Source: Bellilinea caldifistulae
GTDB lineage: Bacteria > Chloroflexota > Anaerolineae > Anaerolineales > Anaerolineaceae
Assembly (NCBI RefSeq): GCF_001306055.1
Contig: NZ_LGHJ01000014.1
Coordinates: 1 to 32,000 of the forward strand
Direction: 5' to 3'
DNA length: 32,000 nucleotides
Shown piece by piece: positions 1-9,005 of the stretch. A model generated the notes under the pieces. It had not been told where the DNA came from. It searched no databases and saw only the letters and a list, made by a program, of their open reading frames with translations. How positions within the stretch are numbered: the stretch's first letter is position 1; every line of letters begins with the position of its first letter. The position numbers were made by a program, and so were the translations under genes.

Positions 1-206
1 ATGATCCTTTGCCGGTTTCTTCGAAACGCTGCTTTTCCATCCCGCTGATCTCCAAAGTGGTTTGGTTCGATTGTATTAAGGTTTTCCCCTTTTCGTCAAT
101 CCCAGTTGTTTGTTTTTCAACAATCTCTGGATTGAAAGTTTGGGTTGTTTTCTGCTTTAATAGAGCAATTGAAGAACCCGAATCTTACGCTTTACATATA
201 AGCCGG

Positions 207-212
207 TATAAT
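207..212 (+). promoter_or_regulatory. -10-like hexamer TATAAT abutting the ECF sigma start codon
   Basis: TATAAT lies at 207-212, followed by 6 nt (tcggtt) and then ATG 219. There is no purine-rich SD in between. The -35 is unconvincing (best candidate TTACGC, 185-190). This is compatible with a leaderless or near-leaderless transcript. Confidence 0.3.
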
Positions 213-218
213 TCGGTT

Positions 219-878
219 ATGATGGAAGAGCGTCGGACTAATCAGGAATGGCTGGCAAATTTACGTGCCTCCGGAGAGATTCAGGCGACGGCAATTCAGG
301 ATCTGAGCGAAATCATTCGCAAAGGATTGTTGAGTGGTTTGAGCAGATATCTGGCCAATGATCCAGCCCGCATTGAAAGTTTGATCGAGGAAGTAACCCA
401 GGAAGCTGTTTTGCGGGTTTTGAAATATCTGGATACCTTTGAGGGACGCAGCCAATTTACGACATGGGTTTATAAGATTGCCATTCGACTGGCTTTTTCA
501 GAATTGAGAAAAGGCCAATGGAAGAATGTTTCCCTTGAAGAGAATCTCGAACCGGATGACGGGGAAATCCGGTCTGTTTCCCCAAAAGAACTGGCTGAAC
601 CGTCATTCAGCCCTGAAGTGGTAACCGAACAGCGCGAGGTGATCCGTTTCCTGTGGCAAATCGTTCATCAAGGCCTGACCCGTCATCAACGCCAAGCCTT
701 TGTCGCCGTCATCATCAGGGGAATACCGATGGAAGTGGTGGCTGAAAAAATGGGGATGCAGCGCAATGCCCTGTATAAATTGCTGCACGATGCCAGAAAA
801 CATCTCAAGCAACATCTTCTTGACGCCGGTTATTCCGTTGAAGAGATATTTTCAATCTTTGGTTTGGAGCAAAAGTAA
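219..878 (+). CDS. ECF-type (group 4) sigma-70 family RNA polymerase sigma factor
   Basis: ORF 9..878 is trimmed to its first ATG (219, ATGATG). The upstream residues translate a T-rich promoter-like region. Region 2 is EEVTQEAVLRVLKYLDTFEGRSQFTTWVYKIAIRLAFSELRK. The region 4 HTH is LTRHQRQAFVAVIIRGIPMEVVAEKMGMQRNALYKLLHDARKHLK. A zinc anti-sigma-like gene follows. Confidence 0.85.
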   Translation: MMEERRTNQEWLANLRASGEIQATAIQDLSEIIRKGLLSGLSRYLANDPARIESLIEEVTQEAVLRVLKYLDTFEGRSQFTTWVYKIAIRLAFSELRKGQWKNVSLEENLEPDDGEIRSVSPKELAEPSFSPEVVTEQREVIRFLWQIVHQGLTRHQRQAFVAVIIRGIPMEVVAEKMGMQRNALYKLLHDARKHLKQHLLDAGYSVEEIFSIFGLEQK

Positions 879-909
879 GAATCGGTAGTAGAATCTTTCC
901 AATGAGTCA

Positions 910-1221
910 ATGATGATGTTAAATTCGATCCTTGGTTTTTTGAAAAAAATTTTCAGGTCACCTGCCGGCAAGACCCGCAAGCAGATGTCTGTTTCACTGA
1001 CGGAAGCCAAAATGATGGCAGAAATGATCGCCGCCACCCAAGAGGTGGAATTAACCTGTGACGAAGTTTTTGACTTATTGGATCAGTTCACCGAGATGGC
1101 CGTGCAGGGGGAGGATGTGGCTCACTTAATGCCGCTGGTGCACCGTCATCTGGAGATGTGCCCGGAGTGCCGCGAGGAGTACGAGACGCTGCGGAGTATA
1201 CTCGAAGCCAGATTGAATTAG
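910..1221 (+). CDS. Small soluble zinc-binding anti-sigma factor-like protein (ZAS / zf-HC2 motif)
   Basis: The gene sits 31 nt downstream of the sigma gene on the same strand. LTCDEVFDLLDQF...HRHLEMCPECREEY gives the C...H-x3-C-x2-C pattern of ZAS anti-sigma domains. No transmembrane segment is present. The start is uncertain because there is no clear SD at 910. Alternative ATGs are at 985 and at 1012, the latter with a weak GGAAG upstream. Confidence 0.6.
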   Translation: MMMLNSILGFLKKIFRSPAGKTRKQMSVSLTEAKMMAEMIAATQEVELTCDEVFDLLDQFTEMAVQGEDVAHLMPLVHRHLEMCPECREEYETLRSILEARLN

Positions 1222-1294
1222 GGCATGGACACGCGGGTATCCGGGCGAAAAGCTGCCCATGAAAACCAGAGGTGATTAATGGAAATGACTGGGG

Positions 1295-2773
1295 TCAACT
1301 GGCTGCCAGCCAGGCCACTCCCACCAACCCCGGCCCGGCGTGAGCGCCGATGACCGGCGTCATTTCGGTGATGTAGAGTTCGGTTGGGTTTAATTTATCT
1401 TGCAGGATTTGCGCCATTTGTTCTGCACAGGCCGCATCATCCGCGTGGAAGCAGATCAGCACACTGCCTTTGGCTTTAAGATTTTTTTCCAGCCAGGTCA
1501 CCATGCGTTCGATTGCCTTTCGGCGGGTACGTTCCATCCCTTCCAGTCGAATCTGGCCATCGCGCAGGGTGAGAATGGGGTACACCCGCAGAGCCGCGTT
1601 GAGGAGCGGACGAATGGCATTGACCCGTCCGCTGTGTTCCACGAAGGAGAGGGTATCCAGCACCCCGATCATCCCAACCTGCTGACGGGCTTCGTTAAGC
1701 GCGGTTTTAATTTTTTCCAAAGAAGCTCCCTGCCGGGCAAGACGGGCTGCCAAAATCGCCATCAAACCCTGTGCCGGGCCGGCAACCCCGCAGTCAACCA
1801 CCTCGACTTTCAACTGTTCCGCCAGTTGTTCGGCGGCTAAACGGGCAGAGTTGTAGCATTGAGTCAGGTCGGCAGGCGGAGTCAGCACCAGCGCAGCCGA
1901 AGCTTTGCCGTCCAATGCCTGCATGGCGCTGAGAAATTCACCGGGGGAGGGGGCTGCTGTGGTGGGGCGGGTGTGGGTGGTGCGTAGGGTTTGATAGTAT
2001 GCCCGCCGGTCAATGGTCTCATCATCGGGCAGAGCCTTTCCGTCCAGGATCAAACTCATAGGAATAATGTGGATGCCTTCCCGCTTTGCCAGTTCATCCG
2101 GCAGAGAGGCGATGCTGTCGGTAAAAATAGCCGGTGCAGTCTTGGCCAGCGGACGGGGGGAATAAGCCGGGAATAAATCCACCAGAATTTGCCGTTTGTC
2201 GCTCAGTTTCAGCCAACGCGGCAGCAAGCGCGGAATGGAACACACCGCCGTGGTGAACGCCATGATCAACGGCGACCAGATGACCAACGGATGCAGGTCG
2301 CGCAGGTAGTTCAAGTAGATAAGCAAAGGAAAGGCAACCAGGGTTGCCAGAATACCGCTACCCAGCGTCGCAAAGTAAACCAATCCATAAACCGGTAAGG
2401 CGATCAAAGTTGGAGCGGGGGTCAATGCCAGCAGCCCGCCTAATGAAGTGGCCAGCCCGCGCCCGCCTTTGAAACGGAAGTAAACCGGGTAGTTGTGCCC
2501 CACAACGGCGGCTACCACACAAAAGACGGCACAACCTTCACCCAGCAGAAGGATGCGGGCGACTACTACCGGCAGGCTTCCTTTGGCAATGTCCAGTAAG
2601 GCAACAAATGCAGCGGGAACTAATCCCACTGAACGAGCCACATTGGCTGTACCTGCGTTTCCATCCCCCAGCGAACGGATGTCGGTTCTCTTCCACAATC
2701 GGGTGATCAAAACTGCTGAAGAAACCGACCCCAGCAAATAACTGAAAATCATGGCGAGCACACACTGCAACAT
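1295..2773 (-). CDS. plsY: Fusion protein: PlsY (acyl-phosphate:glycerol-3-phosphate acyltransferase) N-terminal domain plus DegV/FakB-family fatty-acid-binding C-terminal domain
   Basis: The N-terminal ~195 aa are polytopic and carry PlsY motifs GDGNAGTANV and GHNYPVYFRFKGGRGLAT. The C-terminal ~290 aa carry DegV motifs IFTDSIASLPDEL, TTAAPSPGEF, HSGRVN and IGAHAGPG. The frame is single and uninterrupted. The SD AGGAGGTGG ends 4 nt before ATG 2773. Confidence 0.9.
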   Translation of the reverse strand: MLQCVLAMIFSYLLGSVSSAVLITRLWKRTDIRSLGDGNAGTANVARSVGLVPAAFVALLDIAKGSLPVVVARILLLGEGCAVFCVVAAVVGHNYPVYFRFKGGRGLATSLGGLLALTPAPTLIALPVYGLVYFATLGSGILATLVAFPLLIYLNYLRDLHPLVIWSPLIMAFTTAVCSIPRLLPRWLKLSDKRQILVDLFPAYSPRPLAKTAPAIFTDSIASLPDELAKREGIHIIPMSLILDGKALPDDETIDRRAYYQTLRTTHTRPTTAAPSPGEFLSAMQALDGKASAALVLTPPADLTQCYNSARLAAEQLAEQLKVEVVDCGVAGPAQGLMAILAARLARQGASLEKIKTALNEARQQVGMIGVLDTLSFVEHSGRVNAIRPLLNAALRVYPILTLRDGQIRLEGMERTRRKAIERMVTWLEKNLKAKGSVLICFHADDAACAEQMAQILQDKLNPTELYITEMTPVIGAHAGPGLVGVAWLAAS

Positions 2774-2846
2774 CGGTCCACCTCCTTCCTGTGTTTTACC
2801 TGAGGAGAAGCCGGGCTCAATGCGGTTGCTCGAAATCCTTAATTCG

Positions 2847-2855
2847 ATTGTAACA
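2847..2855 (-). promoter_or_regulatory. Extended -10 candidate (TGTTACAAT) for the plsY-degV gene
   Basis: The minus strand reads TGT-TACAAT (TGn extended -10 plus TACAAT) about 75 nt upstream of ATG 2773. The -35 is weak. A small CCCT-gaa-AGGG hairpin followed by a T-rich run (about 2883-2910) lies just upstream, after the small ORF. Confidence 0.35.
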
Positions 2856-2896
2856 AATAAATGTTGGACGAAAATTAACGATTGAGAGAAACCCTT

Positions 2897-3142
2897 TCAG
2901 GGCAAGGTTGAATCGAAGCCTTGCGGGTAAACCGGGGCAAAAATGGGATGTACGCTCTCGGCGCGGTAGTTTGCCTGCCGTGAGGATTGGATGGCGGGCA
3001 GTGTAGAGGCCGAGGCAGGATAGATCGGCGAAAAAACCAGCACCAGCAGGGTGGTGGTGAGGATGGCTGCAATCATCAGGGTCAGAATTAATTGCAGGGT
3101 CAGCCGGACAAATGGGGTGGGGGAAGCCGTCATTATTTTCAT
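2897..3142 (-). CDS. Hypothetical small single-pass membrane protein, translationally abutted to the cyclase gene
   Basis: Its ATG (3142-3140) directly follows the cyclase TAA (3145-3143), reading TAAATG. It has one hydrophobic helix (LTLQLILTLMIAAILTTTLLVLVF). No family is recognised and there is no clear SD. ATG 3133 is an alternative start. Confidence 0.35.
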   Translation of the reverse strand: MKIMTASPTPFVRLTLQLILTLMIAAILTTTLLVLVFSPIYPASASTLPAIQSSRQANYRAESVHPIFAPVYPQGFDSTLP

Positions 3143-5377
3143 TTATAAGGTGACTTCTACCTGAGGGATTTCTCGCGGGGCAGATAGACGATAAACCATC
3201 ACTCGTTCCAGTTTTCCCTTTACCGAGTGCAGTCCCAGGGGCTCCAGGGTAAAACGCTGCTGATTTTCTTCCAATGCGGTGAAAGTGGCGTGTCCGATGA
3301 CGGCCCCGGTTCCTTTGATCAACTGGCGGGTGAGGGCTTCAAGCCGCTGGGCGGTGTTGACCGTATCGCCGATGATGGTGTAGTGCAGACGGTCTTTTGC
3401 GCCTAAACCGCCGGCGATGACCACTCCCGTGTTAATGCCGATACCAGTAATCAGGGGCGGGTCACCGCGCTGCTCGCGGATGCGGTTGAGTTCGTCAATG
3501 GCGGTGGTCATCTCCACGGCTGCCTGACAGGCCGCCAGCGCACTCTTTTTGGGGCTGAGCATACGCGGCAGAATCCCGAAGAATGCCAGCATGGCATCCC
3601 CATCAAATTTGTTGACCACCCCGCCGTGCTTGACAATGATTGGCACAATGCGGTCAAAATACTCATTGAGCCAGTTCATCACCCGTGCCGGGTCGGCCTG
3701 TTCACTCAGGGTGGTAAACCCGCGAATGTCGCTGATGAGTACGGTGGCAACGGCTTGCTGGCCTTCCAGGCGCACATTTCCGGAGCCGAAGGTCTGGCGC
3801 AGCTGCTCGCGCACCTCCGGCGAAACCGTCCGTCCCAGCAGGTCGCGGTAGATGAAACCTTCCTGCAAGCCGGCAATCATCGCGTTGAAGGCGTGCGCCA
3901 GAACGGACAACTCATCGTTCCCGTCCACACTGACTTTGACCCCTAAATTTCCCTGAGCGACCTGTGAGGTGGCCCGCACCAGCCGTAACAAGGGGCGAGT
4001 GATCAGGTTGGCTAAATAAATCCCCACCAGAATCACCAGCAGGATCGAAATGGTGATCAGCAAAAAGACCTGCAAACGGGTGATCTGGCTGGTGCGCACC
4101 AGAAAAGCCTGGGGCAGTGCCACACCCAGCACCCCCAGATCTTCTCCGCTGCGCGCTTCCCACGCCCCAAGCAGCTCGGTGTAGTTGATACCGTTGATGT
4201 CCAGCGGCCGCGACTTGCTGGCCTGATCCTGAGTTTGCAGCACTTCTAAAGCCAGTGCCGGATCGAGAGTGGGCTGAAAAGCGGGGAATGTGGAAGCAAT
4301 CCGGCGTCCGTTGAGGGTGTAGAGGGTGGTGTCGCTGAGGGTGTCCAGTTTCATCTCTCGCACCAGCGAGGCGGCCGACTTCCCGATCAGCACCACTCCC
4401 CTCAATTGACCCTCGGTGTCCAAAATCGGCCCGCTGATGTAAAAATAATCCCCCCACGGTGCCTGAACAAAGGCGGCAAACTTGTCGCCGCGGGCATCCT
4501 GTTCACGGCGTAAGACCCGCTGGACGAACGGTTGCTGGCTGAAAAATGGGTCATCCCGCGAATAGGTGTATTCACCGCGGGGTGCATCGGGCGGTCGGCG
4601 GGCAGAGAAGACCGATACCCCTTGGGTGTCCAAGATTTCGATGGCCTCCTCATTACTATTGAGGGCTAACGGCAGACTGAGCAGGCGCAGTTGTTCGGCA
4701 TCACCCGCCTGAATGGCTTCGGCAACTCCCTGGGTATTGGCGATCAGGCGCAGAGTAGCCAGCAGGCGGTCTTCTTCGCGCACCATCCAGTCGGTCGTTT
4801 GCCGTCCGGCTGCCACCAGTTGATTGAAGAAGCGGTCCTGCACCGATTCGATCACCACCTGCGTAATGATATAAGCCGAGGCCAGCGCAAATAACAATGC
4901 AAGGATCAGGTACGGGAGGGTGATTTTGAGCCTAACCGGCACCTTAACCGCCGGCGGTTGCCCTACGGGCAGCGCAACCGCGGCTGGCTGTTGGCGGGGC
5001 TGGGTAGGCACATCCACGGATTCGAGACGCCGTAATGCCTGTTCGATCCAGCGCGCCTGAAACGGCTGGCGCAGGAACACGTGAAAACCGTTCGATTTTG
5101 CCAGCATCTCGCGCTGGACATCTGGATACTGGTTGGTGAGAATGACTTTGACCTTTGGATCGGTGGCTTGAATGCGGCGCAGAAATTCCAGCCAGCCCTC
5201 ACCGGGAAAGTGCAGATCCAGCAAAATCAGGTGGGGTTTGATTTGCTTGAAGAGCGCTTCGGCCTGTCCAATTTCCCACGCCTCCCATACTTGATCGCCC
5301 CGGCTGCGAAAGTGGCGAGTCAATAACTGAGCTGGCTGAGCTTGCTGTTGAACAATGAGGACTCGCTGGGCAGGCAT
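3143..5377 (-). CDS. Receiver-like domain / two-TM extracytoplasmic sensor / HAMP / class III adenylate-guanylate cyclase
   Basis: The N-terminus has a CheY-like fold (LILLDLHFP, KVILTNQ). TM1 (LPYLILALLFALASAYIITQVVI) and TM2 (VFLLITISILLVILVGIYLANLI) flank a ~270-aa loop. The HAMP segment is ITRPLLRLVRATSQVAQGNLGVKVSV...ELSVLAHAFNAMIAGLQE. The cyclase core is VLISDIRGFTTLSE, NKFDGDAMLAFFG, GINTGVVIAGGLG and IGDTVNTAQRLE. The SD GAGGA lies 4 nt before ATG 5377, only 20 nt after the rpoD stop. Confidence 0.9.
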   Translation of the reverse strand: MPAQRVLIVQQQAQPAQLLTRHFRSRGDQVWEAWEIGQAEALFKQIKPHLILLDLHFPGEGWLEFLRRIQATDPKVKVILTNQYPDVQREMLAKSNGFHVFLRQPFQARWIEQALRRLESVDVPTQPRQQPAAVALPVGQPPAVKVPVRLKITLPYLILALLFALASAYIITQVVIESVQDRFFNQLVAAGRQTTDWMVREEDRLLATLRLIANTQGVAEAIQAGDAEQLRLLSLPLALNSNEEAIEILDTQGVSVFSARRPPDAPRGEYTYSRDDPFFSQQPFVQRVLRREQDARGDKFAAFVQAPWGDYFYISGPILDTEGQLRGVVLIGKSAASLVREMKLDTLSDTTLYTLNGRRIASTFPAFQPTLDPALALEVLQTQDQASKSRPLDINGINYTELLGAWEARSGEDLGVLGVALPQAFLVRTSQITRLQVFLLITISILLVILVGIYLANLITRPLLRLVRATSQVAQGNLGVKVSVDGNDELSVLAHAFNAMIAGLQEGFIYRDLLGRTVSPEVREQLRQTFGSGNVRLEGQQAVATVLISDIRGFTTLSEQADPARVMNWLNEYFDRIVPIIVKHGGVVNKFDGDAMLAFFGILPRMLSPKKSALAACQAAVEMTTAIDELNRIREQRGDPPLITGIGINTGVVIAGGLGAKDRLHYTIIGDTVNTAQRLEALTRQLIKGTGAVIGHATFTALEENQQRFTLEPLGLHSVKGKLERVMVYRLSAPREIPQVEVTL

Positions 5378-5397
5378 TGATCCTCAGGAAGATGGGC

Positions 5398-7047
5398 TTA
5401 TGACAGGTATTCTCGCAGGTGACGGCTACGGGTGGGGTGGCGGAGTTTGCGAAGCGCTTTGGCTTCAATCTGACGGATGCGTTCGCGGGTTACATTGAAG
5501 TAGCGGCTGACTTCTTCAAGGGTGTGATCTTTGCCGTCAATCAAGCCGAAGCGCAGTTCCAGTACCTGTCGTTCACGTTCGGAAAGCGCCCCCAGAGCGT
5601 TTTGTACCTGTTCGCGCAGCATCTCGCGGGCGGCAGCGTCCATCGGCTCCATCGCATCGTCGTCTTCGATGAAATCCCCCAATTGGCTGCTGTCCTCGTC
5701 CCCAACCGGCCGTTCCAGCGAGACGGGCTCTTCCGCCGATTGCAGAATGCGCTGGACTTTGGCGGCTGCCCAGTTCCAGCGGCGCTGCACTTCGGGGTCA
5801 AGCGGGAGATTGGCGGCCTGGGCTTTTTTGATGAGACTGACGTCCTCGTCACTCAGAAAGCCGCCCTCCAACGCCAGTTCTTCGTTGGTCGGTTCGCGCC
5901 CCAATTTTTGGACAAGGCTGCGCTGAACGCGCAGCAATCGGGTGATGGCTTCGAAAAGATGGACCGGGATGCGGATGGTGCGGGCCTGTTCGGCAATGTA
6001 GCGGCTGATGGACTGGCGTATCCACCAGGTTGCGTAAGTGCTGAACTTGAAACCTCGGGTTGGGTCAAACTTGTTGACCGCCCGCAGCAGCCCTAAATTA
6101 CCTTCCTGAATCAGGTCAAGGAAGGTGATTCCCCGTCCCAGATAACGTTTGGCAATACTGACCACCAGCCGCAAGTTGGCCCGAATCAGGGTCTGGTTGG
6201 CTTCTTCGGCGAGTTCCTGAATGTTCTGGATTTCTTTTTCAAGGTCAACCTTAACCAGCCGGGCTTCAAAGAAGTCAATTCCCGGCAGGTCTTCGCCTTT
6301 TTGCAGAATCTCAAAAAGTTCCTGCGCCAGTTCCGCCGGCAGCAGGTAAAGACACAGATACAGGGTGAAGGCGTTGCGCACCAGTCCATCCCAAAGCGAG
6401 TCCTTTCCCCATAAACCGTTATCCAGGAAAGAGCGCATGTAGGAAGGCGTATCGGACTGCCAGGACTGGCGCAGGGCCTGCGCTTCCAGCAAAATCAGGC
6501 CCAAATCGGGTATCCCTTCGCTGCTCAGGCGGTTGACATCCTGTTTAAAACGTTCCCACGAGGTATACAGGTCTTCAACAACGGCCAGATATAACTGTAA
6601 ATTGGGGTCCATGGCCGGATTTTTGCCGTCCAGATGGCGGCGCAGGGTTTGCAGGTACTGACGGGCTTCAATACGGGCCGCCAGCCGAAATTCGCTGTCG
6701 GCGTCCAGCAGATTGATTTGCCCAATCTCTTTGAGGTACAGGCGAACCGGATCTTCGGAAAGTTCAACCGCTAAAGCCGGATCTTCCAGAATTTCCAGGG
6801 GGTCTTCCAGGGGAACTTCGGCTTCGACCCATTCTTCGGCAGGGACGAGCGGCAAGACCTCTTCCATATCATCGTTGAGTACAGCGCTGAGGTCAGCGGT
6901 TTCCAAATTACCCGCAGCCGCTAAATTCAGCGGATCCAGTAATTCACCGCTCGATTCGGGAGGGGATGCCTCGCCGCTTTTCCTGGCGGGGCGTTTTTTG
7001 CCGGTGGATGGGGAAGGAGGTTGGTTTTTTTTCGGGGTGCGAGCCAT
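5398..7047 (-). CDS. rpoD: Primary (housekeeping) RNA polymerase sigma factor
   Basis: Region 1.2 is [16 protein letters not shown]. Region 2 is [61 protein letters not shown]. Region 3 is RTIRIPVH. Region 4.2 is [30 protein letters not shown]. It lies directly downstream of dnaG, as in the classical dnaG-rpoD arrangement. Confidence 0.95.
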   Translation of the reverse strand: MARTPKKNQPPSPSTGKKRPARKSGEASPPESSGELLDPLNLAAAGNLETADLSAVLNDDMEEVLPLVPAEEWVEAEVPLEDPLEILEDPALAVELSEDPVRLYLKEIGQINLLDADSEFRLAARIEARQYLQTLRRHLDGKNPAMDPNLQLYLAVVEDLYTSWERFKQDVNRLSSEGIPDLGLILLEAQALRQSWQSDTPSYMRSFLDNGLWGKDSLWDGLVRNAFTLYLCLYLLPAELAQELFEILQKGEDLPGIDFFEARLVKVDLEKEIQNIQELAEEANQTLIRANLRLVVSIAKRYLGRGITFLDLIQEGNLGLLRAVNKFDPTRGFKFSTYATWWIRQSISRYIAEQARTIRIPVHLFEAITRLLRVQRSLVQKLGREPTNEELALEGGFLSDEDVSLIKKAQAANLPLDPEVQRRWNWAAAKVQRILQSAEEPVSLERPVGDEDSSQLGDFIEDDDAMEPMDAAAREMLREQVQNALGALSERERQVLELRFGLIDGKDHTLEEVSRYFNVTRERIRQIEAKALRKLRHPTRSRHLREYLS

Positions 7048-7054
7048 GGTTAAT

Positions 7055-7063
7055 AATATACCA
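7055..7063 (-). promoter_or_regulatory. Extended -10 candidate (TGGTATATT) 7 nt upstream of the rpoD ATG
   Basis: The minus strand reads ...TTTTTATGGTATATT-ATTAACC-ATG, with no SD. A weak A/T hairpin (AGAAAAA-gagat-TTTTTCT) plus a T run overlaps the dnaG stop just upstream. This suggests an internal, possibly leaderless, rpoD promoter. Confidence 0.4.
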
Positions 7064-7085
7064 TAAAAAGAAAAAATCTCTTTTT

Positions 7086-8999
7086 CTATTCCACTTCGCC
7101 AACTTTTGCAAGGGCTTTTTCCAGACGGTTGCGGGCTTGCAGGTAATCTGGGATCAGTTCCAGATAGGGAGAAATGGCCGATGTGCTTTGTTCCTGTAAG
7201 TCTTGCTGCAAAAAACGCATTTGCAGCAGATTTTCATTGATGCGGATCAAGCGGAGCATTAAGAAGGTGCGCAATAAATCTTCCGTGGTTTGATTGGCTT
7301 TGGGTTCACCGAATGGGAGTGGTTGTTGTAGGTCCTCCAGCAGGGATTTCAGTTCGGGCGGACAAATTTGATTAAGAAAGGTGGTTGGCTCCATTTGATC
7401 CTGTGCAAGCGATTGAAGCACAAGCGCAGCCAAACTCTGATGTTCGCCCAATTCAAAATCCAGCGCCGAAAAGCGGCTCAGGCCGTTGGCTTGCAGGTGT
7501 CGGTCGAGCGTGTAAAGCGCTTCCGGGTTGCGCACCAGCAGCCGCAGACAGTGCTTTTCCATCTCATGCGCCCGCCGCTCCGGTTGAGTTTCCTGTAATG
7601 GAGCGGGTCTTTCGGGGCGGGGCTGACGCGGGCGGGCCGGCGCTTTGCGGGTGACAGACCCGGATGACGGCGAGATGGTCTGCAAGGCGCGTTCGTCAAT
7701 TTTCAGTAAGCGCGCCAATCGCTGGCGGTAGGCATCGCGCTCAATCGCATCCGGTACATCGTTGATTAAAGTTAACACCTGTCGGGCAATTTCGCTTTTC
7801 GCCTTAGGGTCATCCATCTCACGGCTGGCCGCCAGCGATTCCATGACATGAATGACCACCGGCCGGGCGTTGGCGACAATTTGCTCCCATTGGTGAGGGT
7901 CATGAAGGACGACATCATCCGGGTCTTTACCGGCGGGTAAAGTGGTGACGCGCAAATCGGCCTGTAAACGGGCTTCGTGGCGCAGTAAACCGCGCGCATC
8001 GAAGACGACCTCATCCTGATGATCAAATGCCTGACGGGCAACTTCCAGCCCACGCAAAGTTGCCTTTTCGCCGGCGGCGTCTGCATCCAGCGCCAGCACA
8101 ATCCGGCGGGTAAAGCGTTTGAGCAGGCGCAGCTGGTCTTCGCTGAGGGCAGTTCCCATTGGCGAAACGGCATTGGTGAATCCGGCCTGATGCAGGGCGA
8201 TCACGTCCAGATAGCCCTCGACAATCACAGCCTGATCCTGGGCGCGGATGGACTTGCGCGCCAGATGAAGTCCGTAAAGCAGGCGGCCTTTGTCGAAAAG
8301 CGGGGTTTGCGGTGAGTTGAGGAATTTGGGCTGATCTTCGGCGCGCAGAACCCGCCCCCCGAAACCGGTGATTTTTCCGCTCATATCGCGGATGGGGAAC
8401 ATGATTCGGTGGCGGAAGCGGTCATAACCGCTACCGTCTTGCCGTTCGGTCAGCAGGCCGGCCTCGCGGATTTCTTCAAAGGTGTATCCTTTACCGCGCA
8501 GGTAGTTCAAAGCTGCGTCCCATGAGTCAGGAGCGTACCCCAGTTCGAAAATCTCCGTGGTTTGGGGCTGAATGCCGCGTTGCTGCAAGTAAGCCATCGC
8601 CTGATTGCCGGCGGGGGTATTGAGTAATTGATGGCGGTAGTACACCACCGCTTCTTCCAGCAGGCTGCATAACCGGTCGTACTCTTCGGCTTGGGCCTGC
8701 TGCTGGGGAGATGGCGTTTCGAGTGTAACACCGGCACGCTCGGCCAGATAGCGGAGCGTTTCGCTGAAATCCCAGCCTTCTTTTTTCATGACAAAGCGGA
8801 AAATATCGCCGCCTTCGTTGCATTGACCGAAACAGCGCCATGTCCCTGAATCGGGGAAGACGACAAAAGCGGGGGTGCGGGTATTGGTGTGAAATGGACA
8901 AAAGCCAATGTAGTTCTTTCCCGTCCGGCGCAGTTTGACTGTTTCCGAGACCAGTTCCACGATGTCAATTCGGGCTTTGATTTCATCAATCGCGCTCAT
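7086..8999 (-). CDS. dnaG: DNA primase
   Basis: The CHC2 zinc finger is [36 protein letters not shown]. The RNA polymerase core and TOPRIM segments include [32 protein letters not shown] and [13 protein letters not shown]. The size of 637 aa is typical. Confidence 0.95.
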   Translation of the reverse strand: MSAIDEIKARIDIVELVSETVKLRRTGKNYIGFCPFHTNTRTPAFVVFPDSGTWRCFGQCNEGGDIFRFVMKKEGWDFSETLRYLAERAGVTLETPSPQQQAQAEEYDRLCSLLEEAVVYYRHQLLNTPAGNQAMAYLQQRGIQPQTTEIFELGYAPDSWDAALNYLRGKGYTFEEIREAGLLTERQDGSGYDRFRHRIMFPIRDMSGKITGFGGRVLRAEDQPKFLNSPQTPLFDKGRLLYGLHLARKSIRAQDQAVIVEGYLDVIALHQAGFTNAVSPMGTALSEDQLRLLKRFTRRIVLALDADAAGEKATLRGLEVARQAFDHQDEVVFDARGLLRHEARLQADLRVTTLPAGKDPDDVVLHDPHQWEQIVANARPVVIHVMESLAASREMDDPKAKSEIARQVLTLINDVPDAIERDAYRQRLARLLKIDERALQTISPSSGSVTRKAPARPRQPRPERPAPLQETQPERRAHEMEKHCLRLLVRNPEALYTLDRHLQANGLSRFSALDFELGEHQSLAALVLQSLAQDQMEPTTFLNQICPPELKSLLEDLQQPLPFGEPKANQTTEDLLRTFLMLRLIRINENLLQMRFLQQDLQEQSTSAISPYLELIPDYLQARNRLEKALAKVGEVE

Positions 9000-9005
9000 A
9001 ATTTG

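Noticed and set aside
1-40. Possible 5' end of a divergently transcribed minus-strand gene (ATG at 40-38 preceded by GGAG; reads MEKQRFEETGKGS...).
   Set aside because: Only 13 codons lie inside the window. That is too little to tell a real gene from chance.
9-218. N-terminal 70-codon extension of the sigma factor ORF (track ORF 9..878).
   Set aside because: The extension translates a T/G-rich region into low-complexity hydrophobic sequence with no sigma-like features. It also contains a TATAAT just before ATG 219. The conserved sigma regions begin after residue 71.
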